Below are positions 1 to 8,529 of a DNA stretch of 32,000 nucleotides, piece by piece. Position 1 is the stretch's first letter, and each line of letters starts with the position of its first letter. The translations under genes and the position numbers were made by a program. This DNA comes from an uncultured Alphaproteobacteria bacterium. Lineage in GTDB: Bacteria > Pseudomonadota > Alphaproteobacteria > Rs-D84. Location of the stretch: the NCBI GenBank assembly GCA_963931495.1, contig OZ007020.1, positions 870,001 through 902,000 of the forward strand. Reading direction: 5' to 3'. Below the pieces are notes generated by a model. The model did no database searches. It saw only the letters and a list, made by a program, of their open reading frames with translations, and was not told the DNA's origin.

Positions 1-435
1 AGCAGTTAAATTACCAGATGTTTTCATATCGCCAATAGCTTCAACATTACCATCTACTTTCATGTTGCCGGTACAGCTTATATTCCCATTGTTTTTTACT
101 TCGCCTGTTTGCTCAATATCGCTATTTAGAACTATTTTCTTATCATCGGCACTTGGCGCTGGCATAGAACTTTGATACAATGCTGGTAATATCATACCCA
201 TTCGTAAATCACCATTTGGTGACAAAACAACCACTTGTTCACCCATTTTTAATGGTATCCATGCCGAGGTGCTTGGTGTTAACCATGGCAAATAGCCTGT
301 GGTTATTTCACCGATTTTTACCCGTGCTTTAGCTTTATTGTAGTCTACTGTCACAACTTTTCCCATGCGAACTATATTACTAACCCTACGTAACAATTCG
401 CTAATTTGTCTGCCTTGTTCAATCGATGTCATCAT
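1..435 (-). CDS. Baseplate assembly / spike protein, P2 gpV-like (N-terminal ~145 aa; gene truncated by window edge)
   Basis: Own translation from ATG at 433-435 (minus): MMTSIEQGRQISELLRRVSNIVRMGKVVTVDYNKAKARVKIGEITTGYLPWLTPSTSAWIPLKMGEQVVVLSPNGDLRMGMILPALYQSSMPAPS... The pattern (LRRxxxxIRxGxVxxVD...TxWLPWLT...GEQVxVLSPxGDL...LPxLY...PAPS) matches my memory of P2 gpV. Missing from the ORF track because no stop lies inside the window. Confidence 0.65.
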   Translation of the reverse strand, partial: MMTSIEQGRQISELLRRVSNIVRMGKVVTVDYNKAKARVKIGEITTGYLPWLTPSTSAWIPLKMGEQVVVLSPNGDLRMGMILPALYQSSMPAPSADDKKIVLNSDIEQTGEVKNNGNISCTGNMKVDGNVEAIGDMKTSGNLTA

Positions 436-859
436 TGTGTGTTTCCGTCATATATGTAAGAGAATATTCTAATAGAATTGCACCATATATTTTATTTCCG
501 ACAATATTATGCTCAACCTGCGTACGTTTAAAGCGTAAAATTGCGTTTTTTCTATTGGGTATTGTCCAACCGTCCAAAGACTTTTCTATTTTCTCGGCAA
601 TATCATCCAAAATGTTATCCAAATCGTCACGACCACTTGATATTGCCTCTATGAATATTTCTAATTCACGGGTTAGTTCCCCACACCCGTCAGCATCCCA
701 ACGTTCTGCTATAATCTGTTCATTGTTTGTATAAACTAAAATTGCAGGTAAATCTTGGTCGAACATAGGAATTGAACGACCAGAAAATATTTTTACGTTT
801 GGAACTTTTTTAAGCTGTTCTGCTATTTTATCCCGAATGTCTGATCTTGGGTGTGTCAT
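419..859 (-). CDS. Tail terminator / tail completion protein, lambda gpU-like
   Basis: 146-aa ORF whose stop overlaps the gpV-like start. Layout resembles lambda gpU (FxGR...FDxDLPAxxVY...ELxIxIE...LTY.TE). Position is between the head-tail joining gene and the baseplate gene. Confidence 0.5.
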   Translation of the reverse strand: MTHPRSDIRDKIAEQLKKVPNVKIFSGRSIPMFDQDLPAILVYTNNEQIIAERWDADGCGELTRELEIFIEAISSGRDDLDNILDDIAEKIEKSLDGWTIPNRKNAILRFKRTQVEHNIVGNKIYGAILLEYSLTYMTETHNDDID

Positions 860-1188
860 GCTGTTTCGTGTAGTACTAGTTTTCTTGATCCAGGTATATG
901 ATGCTCTATATCAATAACTTGATATTCTATGTCCCAAATCTTTACATAATCACCTTGTAATGGTGTCGGATATTCTGGCGGAAAATTTACAAGTCGCACA
1001 AAAAGTACTATTTTTGCGCTAGATATATCTGCACCAGCGTTTTTTAATTCAACTTCCATATAACTTTTATGAAAGTCACCAATTATTTCAAACGGAAGAA
1101 AAGCCTTATTCTTTGGGCGGTACATTACTCGCCGCCCAAAGATTGCCATATTTGGTTTATTAACAAAGTTATCAAAATCAAATGGCAT
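856..1188 (-). CDS. Head-tail joining protein, lambda gpFII-like
   Basis: 110-aa ORF starting MPFDFDNF..., with ...LFVR... and a C-terminal hydrophobic pattern resembling lambda FII (MADFDNLF...LFVRT...). Lies directly downstream of the capsid gene with a 4-nt overlap to the next gene. Confidence 0.55.
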   Translation of the reverse strand: MPFDFDNFVNKPNMAIFGRRVMYRPKNKAFLPFEIIGDFHKSYMEVELKNAGADISSAKIVLFVRLVNFPPEYPTPLQGDYVKIWDIEYQVIDIEHHIPGSRKLVLHETA

Positions 1189-1189
1189 T

Positions 1190-2143
1190 TTATGAACCTG
1201 ATTTTGTCAGAGTTACTTGACAAGCGTGTTGCCAATAGCCGTATCCAACGTTGCGCCATGTATCTACTCCATACTGGTGGGCATCGTTATCAAATTCATA
1301 TTCTGAACCCTCGGCCTTGGCTTTTACTTGTACCTTTGTTTCTTCCTGACGGATAAATGCTTTTACATCACCGTCCGCTCGAAAAACATAGATTTTACTT
1401 CCATTCAAACGTGGATTTGCCGCAACAGCGATATCCAAATCTGCCAAAACCTTTACAGGGTTAGTTGCACCACCTGTAGTCAATGGAACCGCCAGCGCAG
1501 CTTTGGCTACGAACCACAAATTTACTGGAACCATCACAACAAAACGAGTTGCGTTTTCATTTGTTGGTTCACCTTGATCATCCTTAAAACTGATAATTTG
1601 CTGAATACCTGCCAATATCGCCTCACGCAATGCGGCTTCAGTTGGTGCGGTTACTGTGCCAACCTCCCCATTGATACCTGCTGACATCAAATTAAAGTCT
1701 ATTTTATTTGATTGTACACCGGACTTACCCTCTTTGTGATTTTCTGCAAAGAAAGGTTTCCCGTCATAGCATTCGCCGGTTTCGCCATTTATTATCAGTT
1801 TAGATAATAACAATGCCCAATGAGAATTTGTACGTGTGGCCAATTCACCAATACGGGCTTTGATTTGACCAGTTTTATCACGGCGCAAATGTTTTACAGG
1901 AATATCTAATGTAGCCTCAAAATGCTTATTCTCAATTGAGATACCGTTAGATGTAAAACCCTTAGAATGACGACCTCCAATCCATTCACGCATTACTGGG
2001 CTTTGTCCAATCCAAGCGTATTCTTCACTGTCTTGATCTGAAGTAAAATAGTTAGAAATAGCGGTAATCCATTCCATACCGCTGTTTTCATTTAAACGTT
2101 TATAAAATTCACCGATAATCGCTCGGCTAGATAATCTATTCAT
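1190..2143 (-). CDS. Major capsid protein, Mu gpT-like family
   Basis: 317 aa. Motif block YAWIGQSPVMREWIGGRHSKGF...ENKHFEATLDIPVKHLRRDKTGQ matches the gpT-type major head subunit signature (Y.WLG..P.MREWIG.R...N..FE.T..V...D.EDD). Position follows the protease and decoration genes. Confidence 0.8.
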   Translation of the reverse strand: MNRLSSRAIIGEFYKRLNENSGMEWITAISNYFTSDQDSEEYAWIGQSPVMREWIGGRHSKGFTSNGISIENKHFEATLDIPVKHLRRDKTGQIKARIGELATRTNSHWALLLSKLIINGETGECYDGKPFFAENHKEGKSGVQSNKIDFNLMSAGINGEVGTVTAPTEAALREAILAGIQQIISFKDDQGEPTNENATRFVVMVPVNLWFVAKAALAVPLTTGGATNPVKVLADLDIAVAANPRLNGSKIYVFRADGDVKAFIRQEETKVQVKAKAEGSEYEFDNDAHQYGVDTWRNVGYGYWQHACQVTLTKSGS

Positions 2144-2163
2144 CGTTAACCTCCATTAACGTT

Positions 2164-2631
2164 TTATGGTTGTACATCTTCCCCTGTGGTTTCTTCGGGT
2201 TCTTCAGATATTGTTGTTGCCTTTGCAATATTTAAGAAATCAAATGAAACAACAGCGTTTTTATCGTCTTCTAAACGGATTATGGTTCCGAAATATGTAC
2301 CACCACTTTCTTCTAAACTGAAAGTATTGTCATCTGTTACATATACACTAGAACCTATTTTTTCCTGTGTAATGCTTTCAAATTCCAATACGATCTTTCC
2401 GGACACCTTGACATCTACCTTTATATCCCCATCTGCACCGTTTGTATTATCTGCAGAATCCAGGGCAATCCCCATTAAAGTATCGCCTACTTGAAAAGAA
2501 CGACCGTAACCAGTTGCGGAACAACCAACAACAGCACCCTTAAAAATCTTTTCACCTGCGGCAACAGAAACAGCATTACTATCCGTCTGCGTTTCAAATA
2601 TACGAGTCACATCTTCTGTAAGTTTTGCCAT
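2164..2631 (-). CDS. Head decoration / capsid cement protein (DUF2190-like)
   Basis: 155-aa ORF between protease and capsid genes. Gly/Val-rich beta-type sequence (GDTLMGIALDSADNTNGADGDIKVDVKVSGKIVLE) typical of the small structural proteins found at this position. Confidence 0.5.
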   Translation of the reverse strand: MAKLTEDVTRIFETQTDSNAVSVAAGEKIFKGAVVGCSATGYGRSFQVGDTLMGIALDSADNTNGADGDIKVDVKVSGKIVLEFESITQEKIGSSVYVTDDNTFSLEESGGTYFGTIIRLEDDKNAVVSFDFLNIAKATTISEEPEETTGEDVQP

Positions 2632-2633
2632 AT

Positions 2634-3890
2634 TTATTCCCCTTTATTTTGAATTTTTATTTGACCATTTTCTTGAGCGATGAAATATGCAACAAAAGCT
2701 TCTTTATCACCGTCAAATTCTTTACGAATTTCCGCCTTTGTGTTCCACTCGTGTTCTGCACGCTCTGTTGCCGTAGCTCCAACGAAAGAAGGTGCTACAA
2801 CTTTTGCGCTAGGAGATATTTCTGGCAAATTCTCTTCCGCCTTTTTTAAACTCGCAAGGTAATCGTTACCTTTAGCTTTTTCTGCTTTTACGATTTCCAA
2901 TGCTAATTTTTCGGCGGTCATTTCTGGATCTGCTTTCGCTTTTGCCAACAAATCTTCATGTCCAGCAACAGCAACCTCTTCCAGAGCCAACAATCTGGCA
3001 CGTTCAGCAGCCGCCCCCTCAGAACGATACGCATCGATCTGTTCCTGTGTAATGGCTTGTTTGTCCATTTTTTGTACTCCTTTGTTTTGTTCAATAAGTT
3101 CTGCCAAGGTACTTTCATAGTCGCCAAGTGCATCCGCCATCCCTACATTGACGGCAGCAGGTCCCATCAAAACACCGCCTTGTCCGAAATCCTTTTTTAC
3201 GGTTTCCGGTGCCAAACCTCGGTATTTTGCAACAGCATCTATGAATTCTGATTCCAAATCATCAAGCTCAGCTCTGATTGTTTCGACTCCCTCTGCTGTA
3301 CGTGGGTCAGGTCGTTTTTTCTTTGCGTTAGTAGAAACAATTTCTATATTTTTATATCCATCTGCATCTGGCTGCTCTTGAACAGACACTGTTGAAACAA
3401 CTCCTATACTTCCCAATAAAGCCGTTCTTTGAGCAACAATTCGTTTCGTTGCTGAAGCAAGCCAATAAGCCGCAGAACAGCAGTTGCGCCCAACGTATGC
3501 CCAAACTTTTTTACATTCACATGCCTGGCGAATAATAGCAGCCATTTCAGACGGTCCAACTGCAACACCACCAGGGCTGTCTATATCTAATAAAATTGAA
3601 TGAATGGACTTATCATCAAGTGCTGTTTGTATATCACGAGCCAAAACGTCCAAACTTGTTCCGCCCATCAATAGAGTGAATAAATCGAACCTAGCCGTGA
3701 TAATCCCCTTAATGGGAATTACGGCAACACCATCTCGTATTGTTGTTGTAAACGAATGTTCTAACGGCTTTTGTGAAAACAAAGAGAGCCCCGATTGGAG
3801 CTCTCTTATATTCGCATCCATATTTTGAAATGTTTGTGGTTCTATCGCCCAATGTTTAGCAATTATTTGCAAATCATTCCTCTTCTTCAT
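2634..3890 (-). CDS. S49-family (SppA/ClpP-like) head maturation protease with scaffold-like C-terminal region
   Basis: 418 aa. Contains ILLDIDSPGGVAVG...CSAAYWLASA...GSIGV, classic S49 peptidase blocks. The Ala/Glu/Lys-rich helical C-terminal half fits a scaffold. Start overlaps the portal stop by 17 nt. Confidence 0.85.
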   Translation of the reverse strand: MKKRNDLQIIAKHWAIEPQTFQNMDANIRELQSGLSLFSQKPLEHSFTTTIRDGVAVIPIKGIITARFDLFTLLMGGTSLDVLARDIQTALDDKSIHSILLDIDSPGGVAVGPSEMAAIIRQACECKKVWAYVGRNCCSAAYWLASATKRIVAQRTALLGSIGVVSTVSVQEQPDADGYKNIEIVSTNAKKKRPDPRTAEGVETIRAELDDLESEFIDAVAKYRGLAPETVKKDFGQGGVLMGPAAVNVGMADALGDYESTLAELIEQNKGVQKMDKQAITQEQIDAYRSEGAAAERARLLALEEVAVAGHEDLLAKAKADPEMTAEKLALEIVKAEKAKGNDYLASLKKAEENLPEISPSAKVVAPSFVGATATERAEHEWNTKAEIRKEFDGDKEAFVAYFIAQENGQIKIQNKGE

Positions 3891-5433
3891 CGTTATCCTT
3901 TCCTATGGTTTCTGTTAATCCTGCCTCAGTTCGAAGTCTTTGTTCCTTGGCACGCTGAACATGTTTAACTTCCCAAGAACCACCTGTTATTTGTGCAGTT
4001 TCTTCTTCAAGTGTTGAAACACCTAAACGAACACGATAGTCAGCAGCACGAATTTCTTTCAACTGATCTATTTGTCCACGTGGAGGTCCTATCCACTCTG
4101 TTCCTAAATATGCAGCTCTTACAAATGGATCAGAAAAGAACCCCGGTGCTTCAATTATCCCTTTTGCCACAGCCTCAGTTATTACCATCTCATATACGGG
4201 TTGGCAAAACTGACTAGCCATCCAGATACGCCTTGTACTGAACGTTTTCCACGCCTCAACCAATGCCGCCTGTGCTGCTGAATAACTTGCTGTAAAATGC
4301 TTTATCAGTATTTCAAACGGTAATTCCAACGCAACACCGATTTGTCGCAAAATTGATTGTACAAAACCGTCAAACGCTTGGTTTGGGCGTTTTGGGTCTG
4401 CTATCTCTATCTCTTCATTTGGTTGCAGATCCAGAATTGCGCCCGGCGACATTTTATAGTCGCTGTTTTTGGTATTGGTCGGCTGGTCATTAACCCCCAG
4501 GGGTACCATTGGTGCCATTCCTGTTTCACTTTCTGTTTTCACAAATATTGTGAACATAGACGATATGACGGCCGCCATAATTTCCGCCTCAGTATATCTA
4601 TCTAATTGTTTAAGGCTTTCAATTACAGGCGCCAAATATGGTATTCCACGTGTCAAACCTGGCCTTATTCTTGAAAATATGTGCAACATTTGCCTATGCC
4701 CATCAGAATCAAACGCAGAGATTCTACTAAATGCCAAAACGCCTTTATCGTGATCATCAGGGTGACGATTTGCTACATGATAGGCAACTGGCGCACCGTC
4801 TGAATCTATTTCAACACCTGCCACAATATTTTCATTATAAGTTTCTGGATCGGCTATGCGATCAGCTTCTATTACTTGTAAACTAGTTCCAAAAGGATTA
4901 CCTAGCCTTGTTTTATACTTACGTAGTACAAACACATCGCCAGATTCTAAGCAAGACCGCAATACCAACGATTGCATTTCTGCAAAAGTCTGTCCACGTG
5001 TGATATCGCAATCTCGGCTATTTGCCCATATTTGAAAAATACGTTCCGCATCTGCCTCCCACTTTTCCATAGCCTCATCTGTCTTGAGATATGGGCGCAA
5101 AATATTTCTATCTATATGCGATTGAGGTTTCAACCCCGTGCCAATAACATTGGTTATTACAGTATTTACAGCCCCGCAAGCCAATGGTGCGTTTCTGAGC
5201 AAATCTCTTGATCTATCTCGTAAAACAGGCAAATCATCTAGAGAAACATTATCCGCAGAACCACTAGTTGGATACCACGTTGTTGTCTGTCTTCTGTCTT
5301 TTCTAGCACCTGTATACCCTCCCAACATAGCCAATTGAGTGCGAGCTTGCCAACGTCGCAATCCTGCATGTGGCGATATCCAAGTGATTGCTTTATCCAC
5401 AAAATTCTGGGATGGGAGTTTAATTTTTTTCAT
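3874..5433 (-). CDS. Portal protein, lambda gpB family
   Basis: 519 aa, with the size, position and acidic C-terminus (DNDEEEE) of lambda-family portals. The N-terminal region (GGYTGARKDRRQTTTWYPTSGSADNVSLDDLPVLRDRSRDLLRNAPLA) matches the lambda-portal signature as I remember it. Confidence 0.85.
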   Translation of the reverse strand: MKKIKLPSQNFVDKAITWISPHAGLRRWQARTQLAMLGGYTGARKDRRQTTTWYPTSGSADNVSLDDLPVLRDRSRDLLRNAPLACGAVNTVITNVIGTGLKPQSHIDRNILRPYLKTDEAMEKWEADAERIFQIWANSRDCDITRGQTFAEMQSLVLRSCLESGDVFVLRKYKTRLGNPFGTSLQVIEADRIADPETYNENIVAGVEIDSDGAPVAYHVANRHPDDHDKGVLAFSRISAFDSDGHRQMLHIFSRIRPGLTRGIPYLAPVIESLKQLDRYTEAEIMAAVISSMFTIFVKTESETGMAPMVPLGVNDQPTNTKNSDYKMSPGAILDLQPNEEIEIADPKRPNQAFDGFVQSILRQIGVALELPFEILIKHFTASYSAAQAALVEAWKTFSTRRIWMASQFCQPVYEMVITEAVAKGIIEAPGFFSDPFVRAAYLGTEWIGPPRGQIDQLKEIRAADYRVRLGVSTLEEETAQITGGSWEVKHVQRAKEQRLRTEAGLTETIGKDNDEEEE

Positions 5434-5434
5434 A

Positions 5435-5461
5435 TAAAAAAAGACGCACTTTCGTACGTCT
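5435..5461 (-). terminator. Intrinsic terminator of the repeat-protein moron, abutting the portal start codon
   Basis: Minus strand reads AGACGUAC-GAAA-GUGCGUCU (8-bp stem with one G.U, GAAA tetraloop) followed by UUUUUUU, then AUG of portal at 5433. Confidence 0.7.
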
Positions 5462-5482
5462 TCCCCTTATTCTGGTTATTTT

Positions 5483-5917
5483 CTAAAAACTGTGATACGT
5501 CGTGCCTAGGCTGTTGTATGACCTGGAATTTACACTGGTGTCACCAATTGACCCTGTTGTATAGGTTGTACCCAGACTATCATATGTTCTGGTGCTTACA
5601 TAGCTATCACCGATAGTGCCTGTCGTATATGTTGTGCCCAGACTATCGTATGATCTGGTGCTTACGTGGCTATCACCGATAGTGCCCGTTGTATAGGTTG
5701 TACCCAGACTATCATATGATCTGGTGCTTACGTAGCTATCACCGATAGTGCCCGTTGTATAGGTTGTGCCCAGACTATCGTATGATCTGGTATTTACATA
5801 ATTGCCGGCACTGTCTGTTCCAGAACAATATGTCGTACCAAGACTTTCATAACACCTGACCGATGCGAATGCGTTAACTGATATCAGCAATGATGCTAGC
5901 AATAACAATCTTTTCAT
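5483..5917 (-). CDS. Secreted protein made of 22-aa tandem repeats (moron inside the head module)
   Basis: Start moved to the ATG at 5915-5917 (AGGA about 7 nt upstream). Signal peptide MKRLLLLASLLISVNAFA|S. Then about 5.6 repeats of TRSYDSLGTTYTTGTIGDSYVS. No family recognised. Confidence 0.7.
   Translation of the reverse strand: MKRLLLLASLLISVNAFASVRCYESLGTTYCSGTDSAGNYVNTRSYDSLGTTYTTGTIGDSYVSTRSYDSLGTTYTTGTIGDSHVSTRSYDSLGTTYTTGTIGDSYVSTRTYDSLGTTYTTGSIGDTSVNSRSYNSLGTTYHSF
5486..5860. repeat. 66-bp in-frame tandem DNA repeats (coding)
   Basis: Four nearly identical 66-bp units (about 5528-5791) flanked by more diverged units. They encode the 22-aa repeats of the 5483-5917 protein. Confidence 0.9.
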
Positions 5918-5938
5918 AAACAAATCCTTTGTTCTTGC

Positions 5939-5966
5939 ATTGTAGAACAATTATTACAAATTGCAA
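5939..5966 (-). promoter_or_regulatory. Sigma70-like promoter of the repeat-protein moron
   Basis: Minus strand: TTGCAA (5961-5966), 16-nt spacer, TACAAT (5939-5944). It lies directly after the gpW stop and about 20 nt before the moron RBS. Confidence 0.5.
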
Positions 5967-6188
5967 TCAAAATGGCGTTGCACCACGAACACGAATTCCG
6001 CCACGACGTTTCTGGGTCACTTTGTTTTGGAGGTATTCTTCTCGTTGTTGCAATGCTATAAGGTCAGCTTTCCTAACTTTCTGACCATTATAGCTAGCCT
6101 CTTGAGCACCACTTAAAATGTCCGATATTGCCTGTTGTACTTCAATTAGTTGTTCCTCATAGGACTTTATTTTTGGTGTATCCGTCAT
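5967..6188 (-). CDS. Head-tail joining protein gpW family
   Basis: 73 aa, with a 4-nt overlap to the TerL stop. Small helical protein in the lambda W position with a similar pattern (EEQLIEVQQAISDILSGAQEASYNGQKVRKADLIALQQREEYL). Confidence 0.7.
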   Translation of the reverse strand: MTDTPKIKSYEEQLIEVQQAISDILSGAQEASYNGQKVRKADLIALQQREEYLQNKVTQKRRGGIRVRGATPF

Positions 6189-8059
6189 TGTATTCCTCGA
6201 CTTCTAACCGTTCGCCTGTGCATCACAATGTTTGATTGTTCCTCCAAAGGCACTATCGGTTTCTTTTTTGTTTTCATTTTCAATTCCGCAAGTCTATCCG
6301 CACCCAAATCAAGATTTAGACGATAATTACGAACAAGACCTCGTAATGCCGCATATGCATAAACTCGACAATCTAAACCCTCGGTTCTAACCCCATCTTT
6401 ACGAGGGGTCCATTCTCTTATCAACCTGCCTTTACTGAGTTTTTTATGAACGACCTCATTGGTAACCTGTTCAAACCATTCTATTTCTCTATCGTATGGG
6501 AAATGCCAAACACCAGGACCACTACTGTCTTCAAGATGCAAACGACGCATCAAAATATCTTTAGCATCGTTGACTCCTATTACATATACTGGTTTTTGGG
6601 TTTTATAGCTTTTACTTGCGGTTGCCGGCCAAATAGGCTTACCTACACCACCAACACCTTTAATTGCCCAAACCCCATGTAAACGCCTGGCATAACAATA
6701 GTTGATAACATAGTCGGTATAGTGACCACCACTATCTACGCATGTTGCAGATATATGCATATCCGGAGTATCTTTGCTGTGCGGATATGCACGACAAAGT
6801 ATTTCGTCCAATTGTCCCCACAGTTCTGGTGAGCTTGGGTCACCATATAAGACTTGATAATCAATAGACCAAGATTCCTCACCACGTCCCCAACCGACAA
6901 TTTCTAACTCTAAACGGTTGTCTTGAACGTCAACACCGCAAGTCAGCACAACCACTCCTGCTGGCAAATCTTGCCCCCAACGTTCACGTCTTGCCATTAA
7001 ACTAGTCGGATCCACTTGTTCACCAGCCATATCCTGCCATGTTTCTGCCAATTTTGTGTTGGTCCACACCTGTAAACGTGACGGGTCGTCTTTGGAATTC
7101 AGAAAATCTCGTGCAATTTCTGTCCAACTTGTCCATCCATGTGGAGAATATAACGACGATAGGTGAAAAGACGCAATTTTCTTGTTTTCTGGGTGATGGG
7201 CAATCCATTTCCCTTTGCTAAGTATCTGATCTTTTTGCCAATCGTGCCATAAATCACCGCACTTCTCACACTTATAACACGCCTCTGTAAGTTTTTTAGG
7301 GTCAAACACCAAATTTTTCCAACGCAAAATTTGCATATGCCCACAACTCGGGCAAGGAACATAATAATAGCGTTGATCACCCTCTAAAAATGCTTGTTCT
7401 ATTCTGCTCGCATCTTTAATTGTTGGTGTAGACACCATAAAAATCTTTCTATTACTAAACGTGGCGGTTCTTTGTACTGCTAAATCTACTGGATCGCCCT
7501 CTGAACCTGCATCGTCAGGGAATCCATCTACCTCGTCTAAGAAAAGGTAGCGAACTGGCATAGAACGTAATCCGACAGGCGAATTTGCACCTGTCAATAT
7601 CAGAATTCCACCCGGAAATTCTTTTAACAGTATCGTATTTCCGCTATCTTTTGCCCGTGGACTGCTTATTTTTTCTTTTAATACTGGGCAACTTTCAATG
7701 GCAGGATCAATACGCATTTTTGAATTGCGCTTTGCCATTTCAGTTGTTGGGTTTACAACCAGCATTGGTCCAGGTGCATTGCAAATGCAAAACCCCATCC
7801 AATTGTTTCCGCACTCGGTTCCTCCGATTTGTGCGCCTTTCATCAAAATTACTCGTTCGCACGGATTATGCGGAGACAAACAATCCATGATTTCTTGTAA
7901 ATAAGGCGTCCTAGAGGTTTGCCATTTTCCTGGTTCACTTGAAGCAATGCTGGACAAAATACGATTTTCATCCGCCCATTCACTAACCGTTAAATCTGGA
8001 TCTGGCTTGAACCCTTGTGCAAAAGCATGCACAATAAAGCTATCATGATTCAGGTTCAT
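6185..8059 (-). CDS. Terminase large subunit, lambda gpA family
   Basis: 624 aa. Walker A-like KGAQIGGTECGNNW, acidic LFLDEVD, and Zn-ribbon CPSCGH...CEKCG, all typical of gpA-type terminases. Confidence 0.9.
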   Translation of the reverse strand: MNLNHDSFIVHAFAQGFKPDPDLTVSEWADENRILSSIASSEPGKWQTSRTPYLQEIMDCLSPHNPCERVILMKGAQIGGTECGNNWMGFCICNAPGPMLVVNPTTEMAKRNSKMRIDPAIESCPVLKEKISSPRAKDSGNTILLKEFPGGILILTGANSPVGLRSMPVRYLFLDEVDGFPDDAGSEGDPVDLAVQRTATFSNRKIFMVSTPTIKDASRIEQAFLEGDQRYYYVPCPSCGHMQILRWKNLVFDPKKLTEACYKCEKCGDLWHDWQKDQILSKGKWIAHHPENKKIASFHLSSLYSPHGWTSWTEIARDFLNSKDDPSRLQVWTNTKLAETWQDMAGEQVDPTSLMARRERWGQDLPAGVVVLTCGVDVQDNRLELEIVGWGRGEESWSIDYQVLYGDPSSPELWGQLDEILCRAYPHSKDTPDMHISATCVDSGGHYTDYVINYCYARRLHGVWAIKGVGGVGKPIWPATASKSYKTQKPVYVIGVNDAKDILMRRLHLEDSSGPGVWHFPYDREIEWFEQVTNEVVHKKLSKGRLIREWTPRKDGVRTEGLDCRVYAYAALRGLVRNYRLNLDLGADRLAELKMKTKKKPIVPLEEQSNIVMHRRTVRSRGIQ

Positions 8060-8522
8060 TTAGAAAATCCACCAAATTTTCTAGGCTTTGCCTTATTTCT
8101 TTACGAAGTATTTCTTTAATTTCATTGATATCCGTTTTCCCCACCAGCGCAGGCGCAATTCTGTCCGGAATTTTCAACAATTTATCTCTGGCAAACCTTG
8201 CAGCTGTATACGCCTCCATTTCTGTTTGTTTTAACGGAATCAAAGCACCAGACTGTTTTTCATATTCCAGCTTTTTTAGAAGTGCCTCATAAATTTCTTT
8301 TTGTGCACGACTTATCTGGAATGAAGATGCGGCTTTGCTATCGCCACGGTCTGATTGAGCCTGTGCAGGATTTGTATTCATAGACCATTGACGGTCGGCA
8401 ATTGCTGGATCAATTTTTCCGTCCGCCGTTGTTGATATGCGTCCTGTGGCTATTGCTTTACGAACAGCACCCTCAGTGACTTTTCGATGTTCGGCATAAG
8501 CTCTGAGTGATAATAAAGCCAT
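8043..8522 (-). CDS. Terminase small subunit (HTH N-terminus)
   Basis: 159 aa, overlapping the TerL start by 17 nt. N-terminal HTH-like segment LRAYAEHRKVTEGAVRKAIATGRI followed by a helical oligomerisation-like region. Call rests on position plus architecture. Confidence 0.6.
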   Translation of the reverse strand: MALLSLRAYAEHRKVTEGAVRKAIATGRISTTADGKIDPAIADRQWSMNTNPAQAQSDRGDSKAASSFQISRAQKEIYEALLKKLEYEKQSGALIPLKQTEMEAYTAARFARDKLLKIPDRIAPALVGKTDINEIKEILRKEIRQSLENLVDFLNEPES

Positions 8523-8529
8523 TGTTTAA

